Origin: a virus
Lineage: Duplodnaviria; Caudoviricetes
Direction: 5' to 3' (one strand)
IMG/VR virus record: IMGVR_UViG_3300031831_000005
Coordinates: 1 to 38,283 of that record
DNA: 38,283 nt
The position numbers were made by a program, and so were the translations under genes. The notes beneath the pieces were generated by a model. The model did no database searches. It was given only the letters and a program-made list of their open reading frames with translations, and had not been told where the DNA came from. The first letter of the stretch is position 1. Each line of letters begins with the position of its first letter. This document shows, one piece after another, positions 18,568 to 27,498 of this stretch.

Positions 18568-19368
18568 ATGGCTACATATGATGCACGTCCTAGCGGCTTT
18601 ACCCAGATGACAACTACTTCCGAGTGGGAATATCTACTATCGTCATTTATGCCACAGGGTGGCGCTATCGACGCATCTATTGGCAGCGCCATGAACCCGA
18701 CACTCGACACCCCAGGGCGCAATGCGGTCATAGCTGATGGGGTAGCAGTTATCAGGGGACAGATGTGGCGTTGTGACGCTCCTGTCAATACACCTATACC
18801 GGCTGCGTCAGCACAGAACCGGATCGACCGGCTAGTGCTGCGGCTTACTCGTACCGCCACAACCTCTCCTACAGTTGTGCAGCCAGTAGTAATCACCGGT
18901 ACGCCTTCCGGCTCCCCGGTAGAGCCTCCAATAGTCCGGACGACTACTGGTATCTGGGACGTTCCAGTTAGCAGCTGGACATCTACGTCCGCTGGAGGCC
19001 TGACCGGGCTAACTGACGAGAGGTCATTCGTCAATGACCCGTGGCACTCACTAGGAACGCTAGCTGGATATACCGTTAACGTCAGCCGCTACCGGATGAC
19101 GCAGTGGGGTTCCACAGAGCTTGACATCAACGTATCCAGCTCAGGCGCGAACGCGTCATCGGCTACGTTTTCCGTAACGCTTCCGGTCAGCTACCGGCTA
19201 GGCAACGGCCAGTCCAGCCAGGGATGGGCGCTAACATCCAACAGGAACCTCGCAGCTGGCGATACACTGCCCAGGGTAGTTGTTGGATCGAACGGAGGTG
19301 TGACTATTGCTCAGACGGCAAGCGTTACCGTCGGGCTGTACGGCCAGGCTTTTGTCCCAACTAGCTAG
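18568..19368 (+). CDS. Minor tail protein (baseplate upper/fibre adaptor)
   Basis: G.AVIRG...NRIDRLVLRL...GTPSGSPVEP...WDVPV N-terminal domain plus a C-terminal beta domain. Confidence 0.75.
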   Translation: MATYDARPSGFTQMTTTSEWEYLLSSFMPQGGAIDASIGSAMNPTLDTPGRNAVIADGVAVIRGQMWRCDAPVNTPIPAASAQNRIDRLVLRLTRTATTSPTVVQPVVITGTPSGSPVEPPIVRTTTGIWDVPVSSWTSTSAGGLTGLTDERSFVNDPWHSLGTLAGYTVNVSRYRMTQWGSTELDINVSSSGANASSATFSVTLPVSYRLGNGQSSQGWALTSNRNLAAGDTLPRVVVGSNGGVTIAQTASVTVGLYGQAFVPTS

Positions 19369-19376
19369 GAGGCTAT

Positions 19377-19601
19377 ATGCCCTGGAGAGTGCGCTGGCAG
19401 GTCTATATGATCCTGCTAGGAGTTGCCGCGCTAGTCATCGGGATTATCGTCATGGCTAGGCACAAGAGCCTGGATTCAGAGCTGCTGGCTGCTTTGGGTA
19501 TTGTTGGTGGACTTGCGATTATCCTGAATGCCCTACCAAGGAATGGGAATGGACACGGAGAACGTGACTATCGAGACAGAGACAGGGGACGCGGAGATTA
19601 A
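19377..19601 (+). CDS. Two-TM small membrane protein, holin-like
   Basis: AGGAGG RBS; two hydrophobic stretches and a highly charged C-terminus. Confidence 0.55.
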   Translation: MPWRVRWQVYMILLGVAALVIGIIVMARHKSLDSELLAALGIVGGLAIILNALPRNGNGHGERDYRDRDRGRGD

Positions 19602-19703
19602 GTCTGCTGTTGGTCAGTATAGCTTGATGATACACCGGACAATCGACGGATCAGATCCACTAGTACAAGAGCCACTCGGCACACCAGGCACGTAGGAGGA
19701 ACA

Positions 19704-20036
19704 ATGCCCGGAGGTCCACCAGTCCAGACCATGCTTCAGATTATATCGGCGGAGAACTGGTATGTTCATTTCAATGATGCCGCCGTCGACGCTGAGCACA
19801 ACGATCACCTCGTTGTTTGCTTCGGCCTCTCGGCGGTCGACTCTATAACCATTGTTCCATTTATTACTGACTTGGCGCAGCAGTACATCGTCGAGGTATC
19901 TACTGTCTCTGCGAACTACTCGCTGTACAACCCATACAACACGTGCGGGGCCTGCGTACGTCCTCCTGTACCACCACCTGGTGATATTGTACCTGCGGGT
20001 CCTGATCCTCTACCGGGACCGGGTGGGGGCGTATAG
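19704..20036 (+). CDS. Hypothetical protein with Pro-rich C-terminus
   Basis: AGGAGGA RBS; last rightward ORF before the hairpin. Confidence 0.6.
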   Translation: MPGGPPVQTMLQIISAENWYVHFNDAAVDAEHNDHLVVCFGLSAVDSITIVPFITDLAQQYIVEVSTVSANYSLYNPYNTCGACVRPPVPPPGDIVPAGPDPLPGPGGGV

Positions 20037-20044
20037 TAGAGGTG

Positions 20045-20095
20045 CCGGCCAGCCGGCCTGCTGTTGCGCCGTCATTGCCGGCTGGCCGGTATTTT
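20045..20095 (+). terminator. Probable intrinsic terminator at the convergence of the two arms
   Basis: CCGGCCAGCCGGC (20045-20057) pairs with GCCGGCTGGCCGG (20077-20089), followed by TATTTT. Confidence 0.65.
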
Positions 20096-20167
20096 ATGCA
20101 TGATCACCACAGCGATGAGCGCAAACAGCGCCGCAAATATGACTAGTGCGACTATGGTAGCTCTCAC
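20072..20167 (-). CDS. 31-aa single-TM peptide (not in the ORF track)
   Basis: GTG start after GAAGGGA; reads MRATIVALVIFAALFALIAVVIMHKIPASRQ*. Confidence 0.55.
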   Translation of the reverse strand: MRATIVALVIFAALFALIAVVIMHKIPASRQ

Positions 20168-20212
20168 GGTACGTCCCTTCGCCCGCTCGCGGCGGCTATC
20201 CCATTGACAACC

Positions 20213-20302
20213 CTATCGGTACGCGATTCTAGCGGCACGGGCCGGGACCGGGCCCACGGGCCTAGGGGCCGCTCCGGAGGTACCGGGATCGCGTACCGAT
20301 AG
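20213..20302. repeat. Perfect 15-bp inverted repeat with 60-bp GC-rich spacer
   Basis: CTATCGGTACGCGAT (20213-20227) and ATCGCGTACCGATAG (20288-20302). Confidence 0.9.
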
Positions 20303-20830
20303 CTAATCATCTACCCAGGCCATGTAGGGCCAGAGTATCGCTGCGAGGTCTTCGTCACGACGGGCTCGCCGTAGTATCATCATGCCTTGCCTTGCCGCGG
20401 CGCGGATATGCTCTTCTGGGGTCCACATGCCATGCCGACGTAGAACTTTGTCATCGATGTCGCTGGCTATTTCCCAGTTTTGATGGTAGAGTTGAGCGAA
20501 GCTTAGTAGGTTTGTTTGTTCTTTTACGAAGTCAAGCATAGCGCCGATGCGGAAGCGGTAGAGGTCGTCTAGTTCGTCAACTTCAACCGGGTCAAAATCC
20601 TCAATGATGATGGCCGGCCCGATTTTGTAGTCGAGTCCCTCGATCTCGCGGGCCAGCCGGGCGATCTTGACTACCTGCTCAGATTCGGTGCCGTCGATCT
20701 CATCATAGACTAGTGTCAGGAACTTTGGACGCTCATCGCCGAAGATTGACGCGCGGGGGACTGTTATGCGGAACCAGCCTGTGACGGTCCCTAGGCTGAG
20801 GCCGAGGACGTGCAGATGGCTAGGCGGCAT
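20303..20830 (-). CDS. RuvC-like (RNase H fold) protein, degenerate active site
   Basis: VLGLSLGTVTGW / IIIEDF / EHIRAAARQG line up with the phage RuvC-like pattern IxGxDPGxxTGW / VVxExF / HxxDAxRH. Confidence 0.6.
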   Translation of the reverse strand: MPPSHLHVLGLSLGTVTGWFRITVPRASIFGDERPKFLTLVYDEIDGTESEQVVKIARLAREIEGLDYKIGPAIIIEDFDPVEVDELDDLYRFRIGAMLDFVKEQTNLLSFAQLYHQNWEIASDIDDKVLRRHGMWTPEEHIRAAARQGMMILRRARRDEDLAAILWPYMAWVDD

Positions 20831-20831
20831 G

Positions 20832-21236
20832 CTAGTCCTGTTCCGGACGTGAGCCTGGGTTGGCCCAGAGGTACCAGCCGTTCTGCTCTACCATGACTAG
20901 ACCGCGCCGTTCCGGGTTGTAGCAGATGCGGTTATCATCAAGCGGCCGAAGGTGCCGGTCATAGGAGGTGTTGCTGCTGAACAGCTCGTTGCATGAACGG
21001 CAGAGCGCTGGACTCCGGCGATTGGGCGGTAGGCCGCCGTGTCCGTCTTCTGTATGGGCGCAGCCGATGTCGTTGCTGCTGTGACACTGGTGGCAGCGAT
21101 CCGGCTCGTCGCCGGTGTAGGCGCAGTATTTGTGGTAACGGCAGATGCTGATCTCGTTTGGGAAGTAGATGACGTGCCCGCCGAGAGACTCGGGCATGCG
21201 CTTGTAGTCGAGCGGGATAATGTCTTGAGTTTTCAT
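20832..21236 (-). CDS. Zinc-binding protein (FDxHR-like phage family)
   Basis: CRSCNELFSSNTSYDRHL...C..P...GL; ATG 21236 with GGAGG RBS and ATGA overlap. Confidence 0.65.
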   Translation of the reverse strand: MKTQDIIPLDYKRMPESLGGHVIYFPNEISICRYHKYCAYTGDEPDRCHQCHSSNDIGCAHTEDGHGGLPPNRRSPALCRSCNELFSSNTSYDRHLRPLDDNRICYNPERRGLVMVEQNGWYLWANPGSRPEQD

Positions 21237-21670
21237 GATGATGCCTCCATGGGCCCGAATTTGATTTTGCCGTCGGGTAGAATGACGATTGTGAATACGT
21301 GTTGCCTGATCGCCCAGCGGTACGTCATCCATGTACCTGATCGGAGTACCTCGTGATCTTGCTGTGGCAATATGACCATGATGTCGACGTTGTCGACGAT
21401 GTCTTTGTTGCGGGAGAGCGGTGGCTTTGGGTCCGCCTTGTACAGCGGCTCCGGATAGTTACCGTCTGGCCGTAGATCCGACGGGCATACATCGGCGGAG
21501 AGCGGGCCGTGTATGCGATCCCACATCCAGGCTGCGTCCTCATCGACGCCCTTTGCACCACCGTGGGTAAGTTTGCCATCTTTGAGTGCCGGGGCGCTAA
21601 ACAAGTCATATAGTCTGCCCCTTTGTGCATCAGTTATGCCTTTGCGTGTGCCTGATACACCAATGTTCAC
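21233..21670 (-). CDS. SLOG-superfamily protein (YspA/DprA-like)
   Basis: IGVSGTR, LTHGGAKGVD, PLSRNKDIVD, RSGTWMT motifs. Confidence 0.8.
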   Translation of the reverse strand: MNIGVSGTRKGITDAQRGRLYDLFSAPALKDGKLTHGGAKGVDEDAAWMWDRIHGPLSADVCPSDLRPDGNYPEPLYKADPKPPLSRNKDIVDNVDIMVILPQQDHEVLRSGTWMTYRWAIRQHVFTIVILPDGKIKFGPMEASS

Positions 21671-21674
21671 TTGT

Positions 21675-22172
21675 TCACCTGTGTGCCTTCCGCGTTGCTT
21701 CCATGAGGCGGTCGCTGGCCTCTTCGATAGTGCGATGATGCTTCATCGCACCTTGGACGCGTGTGGCGATCTGCCCGCTTGGGAATACGGCGACGACGCC
21801 CTCGACGCCTGCGATTGACTGCCAGCCGTAGGTGTGGTTTTCGATGAGGCACTCGATTGCCCGGTCGATACCTGACTCGGGCGGATCTGGCTCGTGGTAG
21901 TGGTCGAGTCCGTCGCGTGGGGCAGGCTCTGTCCGGTTGATCACTGGCATCGAGCCGTGGATTCTCCAGTGGAACGCCCGGTAGGCCTGCTCGACCCCAA
22001 AGTCGATCCGTGCCGGTAGCTCGTGCATGTCACCTAGGCTATCCCTGTGCCGGTACGTGAAGTGCTTTGCGAAGGTCGCGGTGTCCATCTCGTACGTCGC
22101 GACGACGAGCTGTTGCTTAACTGGCTGAACGCGCCTACGGTTGTCCTGCTTTTCCTTGTACATTGTTGGCAT
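21675..22172 (-). CDS. Hypothetical protein
   Basis: GGGAGGGG RBS; 165 aa; His-rich motifs. Confidence 0.65.
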   Translation of the reverse strand: MPTMYKEKQDNRRRVQPVKQQLVVATYEMDTATFAKHFTYRHRDSLGDMHELPARIDFGVEQAYRAFHWRIHGSMPVINRTEPAPRDGLDHYHEPDPPESGIDRAIECLIENHTYGWQSIAGVEGVVAVFPSGQIATRVQGAMKHHRTIEEASDRLMEATRKAHR

Positions 22173-22183
22173 CCCCCTCCCGG

Positions 22184-22372
22184 CTACTCCGTGGTCAGAG
22201 CGCGTATGACGTAGCCCTCGATGAATGCATCCATGATGTCCTCGTCACCGGCCCAGGCCAGGCCAGCTTTGCCCTGGATCCATTCGGCGTACTGCTCCCT
22301 TGCGTCTGATACTAGACCTGATGGGATTAGGTCGTCGGCGGGCAGGTTACGTATGAACTTCGGCTCTTGCAT
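22184..22372 (-). CDS. Hypothetical protein (62 aa)
   Basis: AGGAAGG upstream; fills the gap between neighbours. Confidence 0.55.
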   Translation of the reverse strand: MQEPKFIRNLPADDLIPSGLVSDAREQYAEWIQGKAGLAWAGDEDIMDAFIEGYVIRALTTE

Positions 22373-22465
22373 TTCGATTTTCGCCTTCCTGTTTATCCGC
22401 GCGGTCGCGCGGTCCTATCGGTATAACGTACGAAAGAACTAATTTATTCCTTTATTTTCCATAGT

Positions 22466-24739
22466 TCATTCCGGGTCTATTACATATAGTTCGTCGACGG
22501 CAACGCTGTTGCCGAAGCCGGGCGTTTTCCTGCCGACTGCTATTACGACATCTACCTTGACATCGATCGCTTCGAGCCGCCGCCTGAAACGCGGGAATGC
22601 GAAGCGGTTGATGCGAAGGTAGACTTCCTCTAGGGTCCGGTCGATGCACTGTAGGACGCAGTACTTGCGTAGCTCCGGGTGGTCTAGGTTCTTGACAATC
22701 TCATCGAGGTCATCGCCTGTGCGCGAGTGTATGTTCTCGACGATATCCTGGTATATGCGGGCCTTGACGATACCCGCGTAGCGTAGCTGCCTGCCTCTAC
22801 GCTTGCTACCCCACGGCTCGGCGACTTCTGCGGCGACGGCCTCGCCGTCGTGCGTCCAGATCGGAGCTGGTACTTCCTTGTTCTTGATTGCCTTGAGTAC
22901 CTTGTCAAGCGTGCGCCCGGTCTTCTCAAGTTCAAACGGGTCATCCATCTCGCAGAAGTCCATTATCTGATCGACCTTGGCATCGCCGACGCCGCCAGCA
23001 CGCTTCATGTCCTCAGGGAATTGGAACGGCTGAAGCGCGCGGGCGATCACTATGTTGCGCGCTATAGTATTGCCGATCTTGGGGACGGACCTGAAGCCCG
23101 CCAGGACCGCGGGCTTGGAGTTGGTCCCATTAGGCATGAGAGCGCCCCAGTTGGCCCCGGAGATGCGGAAGTCGGGAGGTAGCACTTCGATGCCGTGGCG
23201 CTGAGCATCTCGCATAAGCCTGAACTCTGGTTCCTCGCGGGGCTTGCGCTTTGCTAGTGATGCCGCGTAGAACTCGACTGGGTGATGCGCCTTGAGGTAG
23301 GCGGTCCACCAGGCTAGCTTGCTGTATGAGATAGCGTGTGCAATGTTAAACGCGTATGTACCGGAGGTTACGAGCCGCTTCCAGATGCGCTCGGCGGTAT
23401 CGCCGTCGATGTTGTGTAGAGTCTTGGCACCATCGATGAACTTGTCCATCTCAACCTGGAACGCAGCCTGCCCGACTTTCTTGGCTATGATGCGCCGTAT
23501 GTCGTTTAGATCAACCCAATTGAAGCCGCCGATCTCTTTGAGGATTAGGAGGATTGTTTCCTGGTAGATGATGACCCCAAAGGTACCAGCTGTGATCTTG
23601 TCAACGATGGGATGGTAACGCTCAGGCTTCTTGCGCCCATGCTTGATATCTGTATAGTCCGCAGTTGTCCCTGAAAACAGAGGTCCCGGCCGGGCAAGTG
23701 CATTGATATCAGCAACCTGGGAGAAGTTGTCCGGACATACATCGCCACAGATGATCCTCGTAGCTCTGCCTTCAAACTGGAATATTCCGATGACATCGTT
23801 GCGCCGAAAGACATCCAGCGTGTTCGCATCTGTATCTGGAATCGCATAGAGGTCCTTCAGGGTGAGGCCTGTCATTCTGAGACAGTTGGCTATCATGCCC
23901 AGGGTCGTTAGCCCGAGTATGTCCATCTTGAGCATACCCGCGTAGTCGACGTCATATTTGTCGATCGAGAGCACCTGCCTGATCTGCTTTGTTTGTTTAT
24001 CCTCGCGCTCGTAGATGGCACAGATGTCAGTAAGCGGCGAGTTCGCGACGACGAGCCCAGCTGCATGAACAGACATCCCGCGCACGCCACCTTCGAGCCG
24101 CGTCGCCAGCCACAGTGCAGGGAATGCATCGAATATCGCCTTAGCATTAGGGAACATCTCCACCGTGTCAGCGAGCGAATCATCAAAGCGCGAGTCGCCC
24201 CCGGACCTCTCGATGATGAGGTCCGATACAATCTTTTTAGAAGCATTCGGTACGCCATGAACACGCGCTACGTCGACAAGTGCATTCTTGGGACGGTAGC
24301 GCACGAAGTTCGCAATGGTACCAACGCATTCCCTACCATACTTCCCCTCCAGGTACTCGCGCACCTCGTGACGTCGTTCATCCTCGATGTCTACATCAAT
24401 GTCAGGCGGGTCCGTCCGCGTCGTGTCAAGGAAGCGCTCGAAGACCATCCCAGGGTAATTATACGGGGCGATCTCTGTGATACGCGTCAAATAACATACC
24501 ACAGATGCAGCGGCGCTTCCGCGTCCGGGGCCGACGACAATGCCCTGCCGCTTGGCCCACCGGAGCGCATCGCTAATTGCACAGAAGAAATCGCAAAAAT
24601 CCTTCTCTACAATCATGCTCATTTCGTATTTTGTACGTTCGGCATACCAGTCGCGCTCGGCCTTGGGCCGCGAGCCGATACCGCGATAGTTCCATCCGAA
24701 TCTACACCATGTCCATAGAAGTTCAGCAGCGTCTACCAT
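22466..24739 (-). CDS. dnaE: DNA polymerase III alpha (C-family), polymerase part of a split gene
   Basis: GPGRGSAAAS, FERFL...PPDIDVD, HAAGLVV, KMDILGL, GIFQFEG, YAFNIAHA motifs. Confidence 0.95.
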   Translation of the reverse strand: MVDAAELLWTWCRFGWNYRGIGSRPKAERDWYAERTKYEMSMIVEKDFCDFFCAISDALRWAKRQGIVVGPGRGSAAASVVCYLTRITEIAPYNYPGMVFERFLDTTRTDPPDIDVDIEDERRHEVREYLEGKYGRECVGTIANFVRYRPKNALVDVARVHGVPNASKKIVSDLIIERSGGDSRFDDSLADTVEMFPNAKAIFDAFPALWLATRLEGGVRGMSVHAAGLVVANSPLTDICAIYEREDKQTKQIRQVLSIDKYDVDYAGMLKMDILGLTTLGMIANCLRMTGLTLKDLYAIPDTDANTLDVFRRNDVIGIFQFEGRATRIICGDVCPDNFSQVADINALARPGPLFSGTTADYTDIKHGRKKPERYHPIVDKITAGTFGVIIYQETILLILKEIGGFNWVDLNDIRRIIAKKVGQAAFQVEMDKFIDGAKTLHNIDGDTAERIWKRLVTSGTYAFNIAHAISYSKLAWWTAYLKAHHPVEFYAASLAKRKPREEPEFRLMRDAQRHGIEVLPPDFRISGANWGALMPNGTNSKPAVLAGFRSVPKIGNTIARNIVIARALQPFQFPEDMKRAGGVGDAKVDQIMDFCEMDDPFELEKTGRTLDKVLKAIKNKEVPAPIWTHDGEAVAAEVAEPWGSKRRGRQLRYAGIVKARIYQDIVENIHSRTGDDLDEIVKNLDHPELRKYCVLQCIDRTLEEVYLRINRFAFPRFRRRLEAIDVKVDVVIAVGRKTPGFGNSVAVDELYVIDPE

Positions 24740-25665
24740 GGTTGCAAATCCTCCTCACTTATCGGGTATCTCAGTCTAGGTGCCTTTGGTAGCGTCACAT
24801 TACATTGCTCAGCTATGATCGCCGTGTTCTCGATCGCACTCCGTGCCTGAGCGCGGGATAGGCCGGTGTCCATGAGCTTGCGCTGGAGAATACCGTCGGA
24901 CTCCGGAAGTGTAAGTTTGACATCGTAGTTCCAGCGTCTTGTCATCTCGTCGGCGCTCGCCCTACCACGACCCTGTGGGCCGCACGCGTGTAGAATTATT
25001 TGCATCTCGCTGTCCTCGGGCCGGACATAGTGTACGTCCATTGTAGCGGCTAGCGGTACTCCCGTCATGCGTGATAGCTCCGCGTACGCGGAGTTGATAC
25101 GGCGACATGATTCCAGCTCTGGGAAGCCCTGTACCTCTAGGTAGAACCGGCTTCCGAACAAGTCCCTCATTCGGTTGGCGATGACCTCGCATCCTTCAAT
25201 GTTTGGTTTCTTTCGCTCGGGGATACCCTTGCCACCGATTAGGGTGCAGGCCATGTAGCTGCCCGAGCAGCCGGATAGAACAACGAGCCCGGCGCGGAAG
25301 TGCGCTATGTCGTAGCCTGTCATGGTAGGGTGGTAGTGGAACTGCTGCCAACTCTTGGTGACCGCAAGATTTAGATTGCGGTATCCCTCGGTGTTCATGG
25401 CGAGGATCGTGAGATGGTACTTTGTCTGGGCTGGTTCCGCGAACGCGCTCTGAGTATATGCCTCGATACCGAATATGGGCTTGATGCCGCCAATCTTGAG
25501 GGCAGCCTTCTCCGCGCGGAAGTGACTTGAGGTATTGCCATGTTCAGTAAATGCGAACGCGGTGTAGCCTAGTTCAGCCGCTCGCTGGAGATGTGCTTCC
25601 GGCGTACCGTGTCCGTCGAGGAAACTGTACGTTGTATGGTCATGTAGTGGTACGTATTCCATCAC
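24733..25665 (-). CDS. dnaE: PHP domain of DNA polymerase III alpha, as a separate ORF
   Basis: LHDHTTYSFLDG, FTEHGN, GIEAY, HLTILA, TMDVHY motifs. Confidence 0.93.
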   Translation of the reverse strand: MMEYVPLHDHTTYSFLDGHGTPEAHLQRAAELGYTAFAFTEHGNTSSHFRAEKAALKIGGIKPIFGIEAYTQSAFAEPAQTKYHLTILAMNTEGYRNLNLAVTKSWQQFHYHPTMTGYDIAHFRAGLVVLSGCSGSYMACTLIGGKGIPERKKPNIEGCEVIANRMRDLFGSRFYLEVQGFPELESCRRINSAYAELSRMTGVPLAATMDVHYVRPEDSEMQIILHACGPQGRGRASADEMTRRWNYDVKLTLPESDGILQRKLMDTGLSRAQARSAIENTAIIAEQCNVTLPKAPRLRYPISEEDLQPW

Positions 25666-25946
25666 GCCTGAATAATCGCTTGTTTGGCTTGATCCGAGAG
25701 CAGCAGCTCGATGAGATCGTATGGAGAGATGGCATCAACATTCGTTTGGATGGATGCTATGAAGATGACGAAACCGACTAGATGAATTGGATGTACATAG
25801 TACATTATCGGTTTGCCCGTGACGGCGTTGGTCGTTATGCCCCCTAGTAGTGGCTCTTCATATACCCTGAAGCTGGTGCTTTCGACTTCACGCACCCGTC
25901 CGCGTGCTGGTCCGTCGACCACTAGTACCATGCTGTTCTTGCTCAT
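25662..25946 (-). CDS. Hypothetical protein
   Basis: ATGA overlaps on both sides; VVDGPARG N-terminal motif common in small phage proteins. Confidence 0.6.
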   Translation of the reverse strand: MSKNSMVLVVDGPARGRVREVESTSFRVYEEPLLGGITTNAVTGKPIMYYVHPIHLVGFVIFIASIQTNVDAISPYDLIELLLSDQAKQAIIQA

Positions 25947-26161
25947 GGCATCCACTTGCTAACTGTGAACGTCGGCGTCCAGAAGCTGAGGGGCCATAGG
26001 AATATCGAGATACCGTACTGGACCCAGCTGTGTAGTAGGTGACCGCCGACGACGTTGCCGGTTGGGAGATGTGGCGGGGCTGTGTTGACGAATACGCCGA
26101 TGAGGATGTAGACAACGATGAAGAGGCCGAACTTTGAGAACAGCGTTCTGAAGTAGATCAT
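25943..26161 (-). CDS. Small membrane protein
   Basis: Two hydrophobic segments; ATGA coupling. Confidence 0.65.
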   Translation of the reverse strand: MIYFRTLFSKFGLFIVVYILIGVFVNTAPPHLPTGNVVGGHLLHSWVQYGISIFLWPLSFWTPTFTVSKWMP

Positions 26162-26667
26162 GATGTAAACTCCGATGGGGTAGCGGTCGGGGCAGGCGTG
26201 CTCGGGGTGCCGGACGGTGACAGCGTCGGGCTAGGGTCCGGTACCGGGCTAGGCGAGGTATTCAACGCTATCGGCGTGGGCGTAGGACGCGGTACGGTAG
26301 CGCGGACGGTACCGGGACCGGGGGACGCGCTACCGGGCGCGGAGGACGATACCGAAGCGTAAGCAGATCGATGGCGAGCGTACCAGGAATTGGAGCTATC
26401 GTCGTACCCCGCGCCCGGAGGCATTGCATGCATCCAGGTAGGCGGGGCGGGCACCGGCCCTCTCAGATGCACAGATGCCCGCCCCTTTGCTGGCTGGGTG
26501 ACTGGAGTGTTAGGCTGAGCGGGATGAATCGGCGAATTCACGCTCGCTCTGTACGCACTTGCGACGGCCAGCGACAGAAGTGCTAGAATGACCGTTGCCA
26601 ACAGCAGCACAGCGGAAATCGGGTGCTGCTTGTACGCATGCCTAAAGTCACCCAGCCAGCGTTTCAT
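26158..26667 (-). CDS. Membrane-anchored Pro/Ser/Thr-rich protein
   Basis: N-terminal TM segment, then a low-complexity PST tail. Confidence 0.6.
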   Translation of the reverse strand: MKRWLGDFRHAYKQHPISAVLLLATVILALLSLAVASAYRASVNSPIHPAQPNTPVTQPAKGRASVHLRGPVPAPPTWMHAMPPGAGYDDSSNSWYARHRSAYASVSSSAPGSASPGPGTVRATVPRPTPTPIALNTSPSPVPDPSPTLSPSGTPSTPAPTATPSEFTS

Positions 26668-26669
26668 GT

Positions 26670-27035
26670 CTATTCCCTGATCTGCTTCCGCCTGAGCTTG
26701 ATAGCGCCTGTTAGCTGGTCTAGGTACTTGTCCCAGGACCCAGCCTTGATGGATTGTAGCGCGCCGAACGCGAAGCCTGAGCTGTCGTTTTCGTGCCGGG
26801 CGATCTGCCAGCGAAGGTAGACTACCAAGTCGAGCGCCTCGCGGTAGGCCTGCCCAATTGGACCGCCCTCGACGGGGTCATCCTGTGTACCGGCGTAGAT
26901 GGCGACTCCGTAGGTGGTGATGCCATGACGCTCGCGCTCCTGAACATCCTCGATGACCATCTGCTGGACGCTCTTGCCGGCGACTTTGAACCAGTTTTCC
27001 CCGGCTGGCATTTCTGGGTCGGCGTTACTTGTCAT
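26670..27035 (-). CDS. All-alpha NTP pyrophosphatase-like (MazG-related) protein
   Basis: ER...G...YG...QAYREALDLVVYL resembles the phage G.xKYG...EEALDLxxYL family. Confidence 0.55.
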   Translation of the reverse strand: MTSNADPEMPAGENWFKVAGKSVQQMVIEDVQERERHGITTYGVAIYAGTQDDPVEGGPIGQAYREALDLVVYLRWQIARHENDSSGFAFGALQSIKAGSWDKYLDQLTGAIKLRRKQIRE

Positions 27036-27498
27036 CGGACATTGCCCTTCTCATGAGTATGGCGTGCTTCTTCTGGATCGCCGCGTCGAGGTCCCATCCC
27101 CAGAGGTGCGCGAGGGCGAAGCAGGTGATAACGGTGTCGGCGAGTTCCTCCTGTACCTTTTCACCTGAGCCTTCTGTTTCGTCAGCGTGCCGGTGGAGGC
27201 CCTGCCACTTGAGGTATTCTTTGGGAACCTCACCGGCCTCTTCCCAGAGTTTCATTAGGTGGTACCAGTCTGGCATCGGCCCGCGCTCGGCGTTCAGCCG
27301 CATCAGGTAGTCGAGCGCGATTTGCTCGTATGTGTACCGGCCGTGCCGCTCTGGTAGACGAATTGAGCAGTCGAGGCAGAGCATGTAAGTTTCGTAACTG
27401 GATGGATTATCCGCGTCGTGGTACGGGTTGGGCCGGTATTTGACGTCCGGGGTGATATTGCCGCATCGGACGCAGGCGATTGTTTCGGGACTCATCAC
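27025..27498 (-). CDS. mazG: MazG-like nucleotide pyrophosphohydrolase with N-terminal CxxC...CxxC
   Basis: KLWEEAGEV...QEELADTVI...DLDAAIQKK. Confidence 0.85.
   Translation of the reverse strand: MMSPETIACVRCGNITPDVKYRPNPYHDADNPSSYETYMLCLDCSIRLPERHGRYTYEQIALDYLMRLNAERGPMPDWYHLMKLWEEAGEVPKEYLKWQGLHRHADETEGSGEKVQEELADTVITCFALAHLWGWDLDAAIQKKHAILMRRAMSDDK

Noticed and set aside
23993-24718. 241-aa plus-strand ORF
   Set aside because: Antisense to the conserved DnaE core; no independent support.
24700-24800. Split intein at the DnaE junction
   Set aside because: No intein N-terminal block or His-Asn/Cys end; both ORFs run directly into DnaE sequence.
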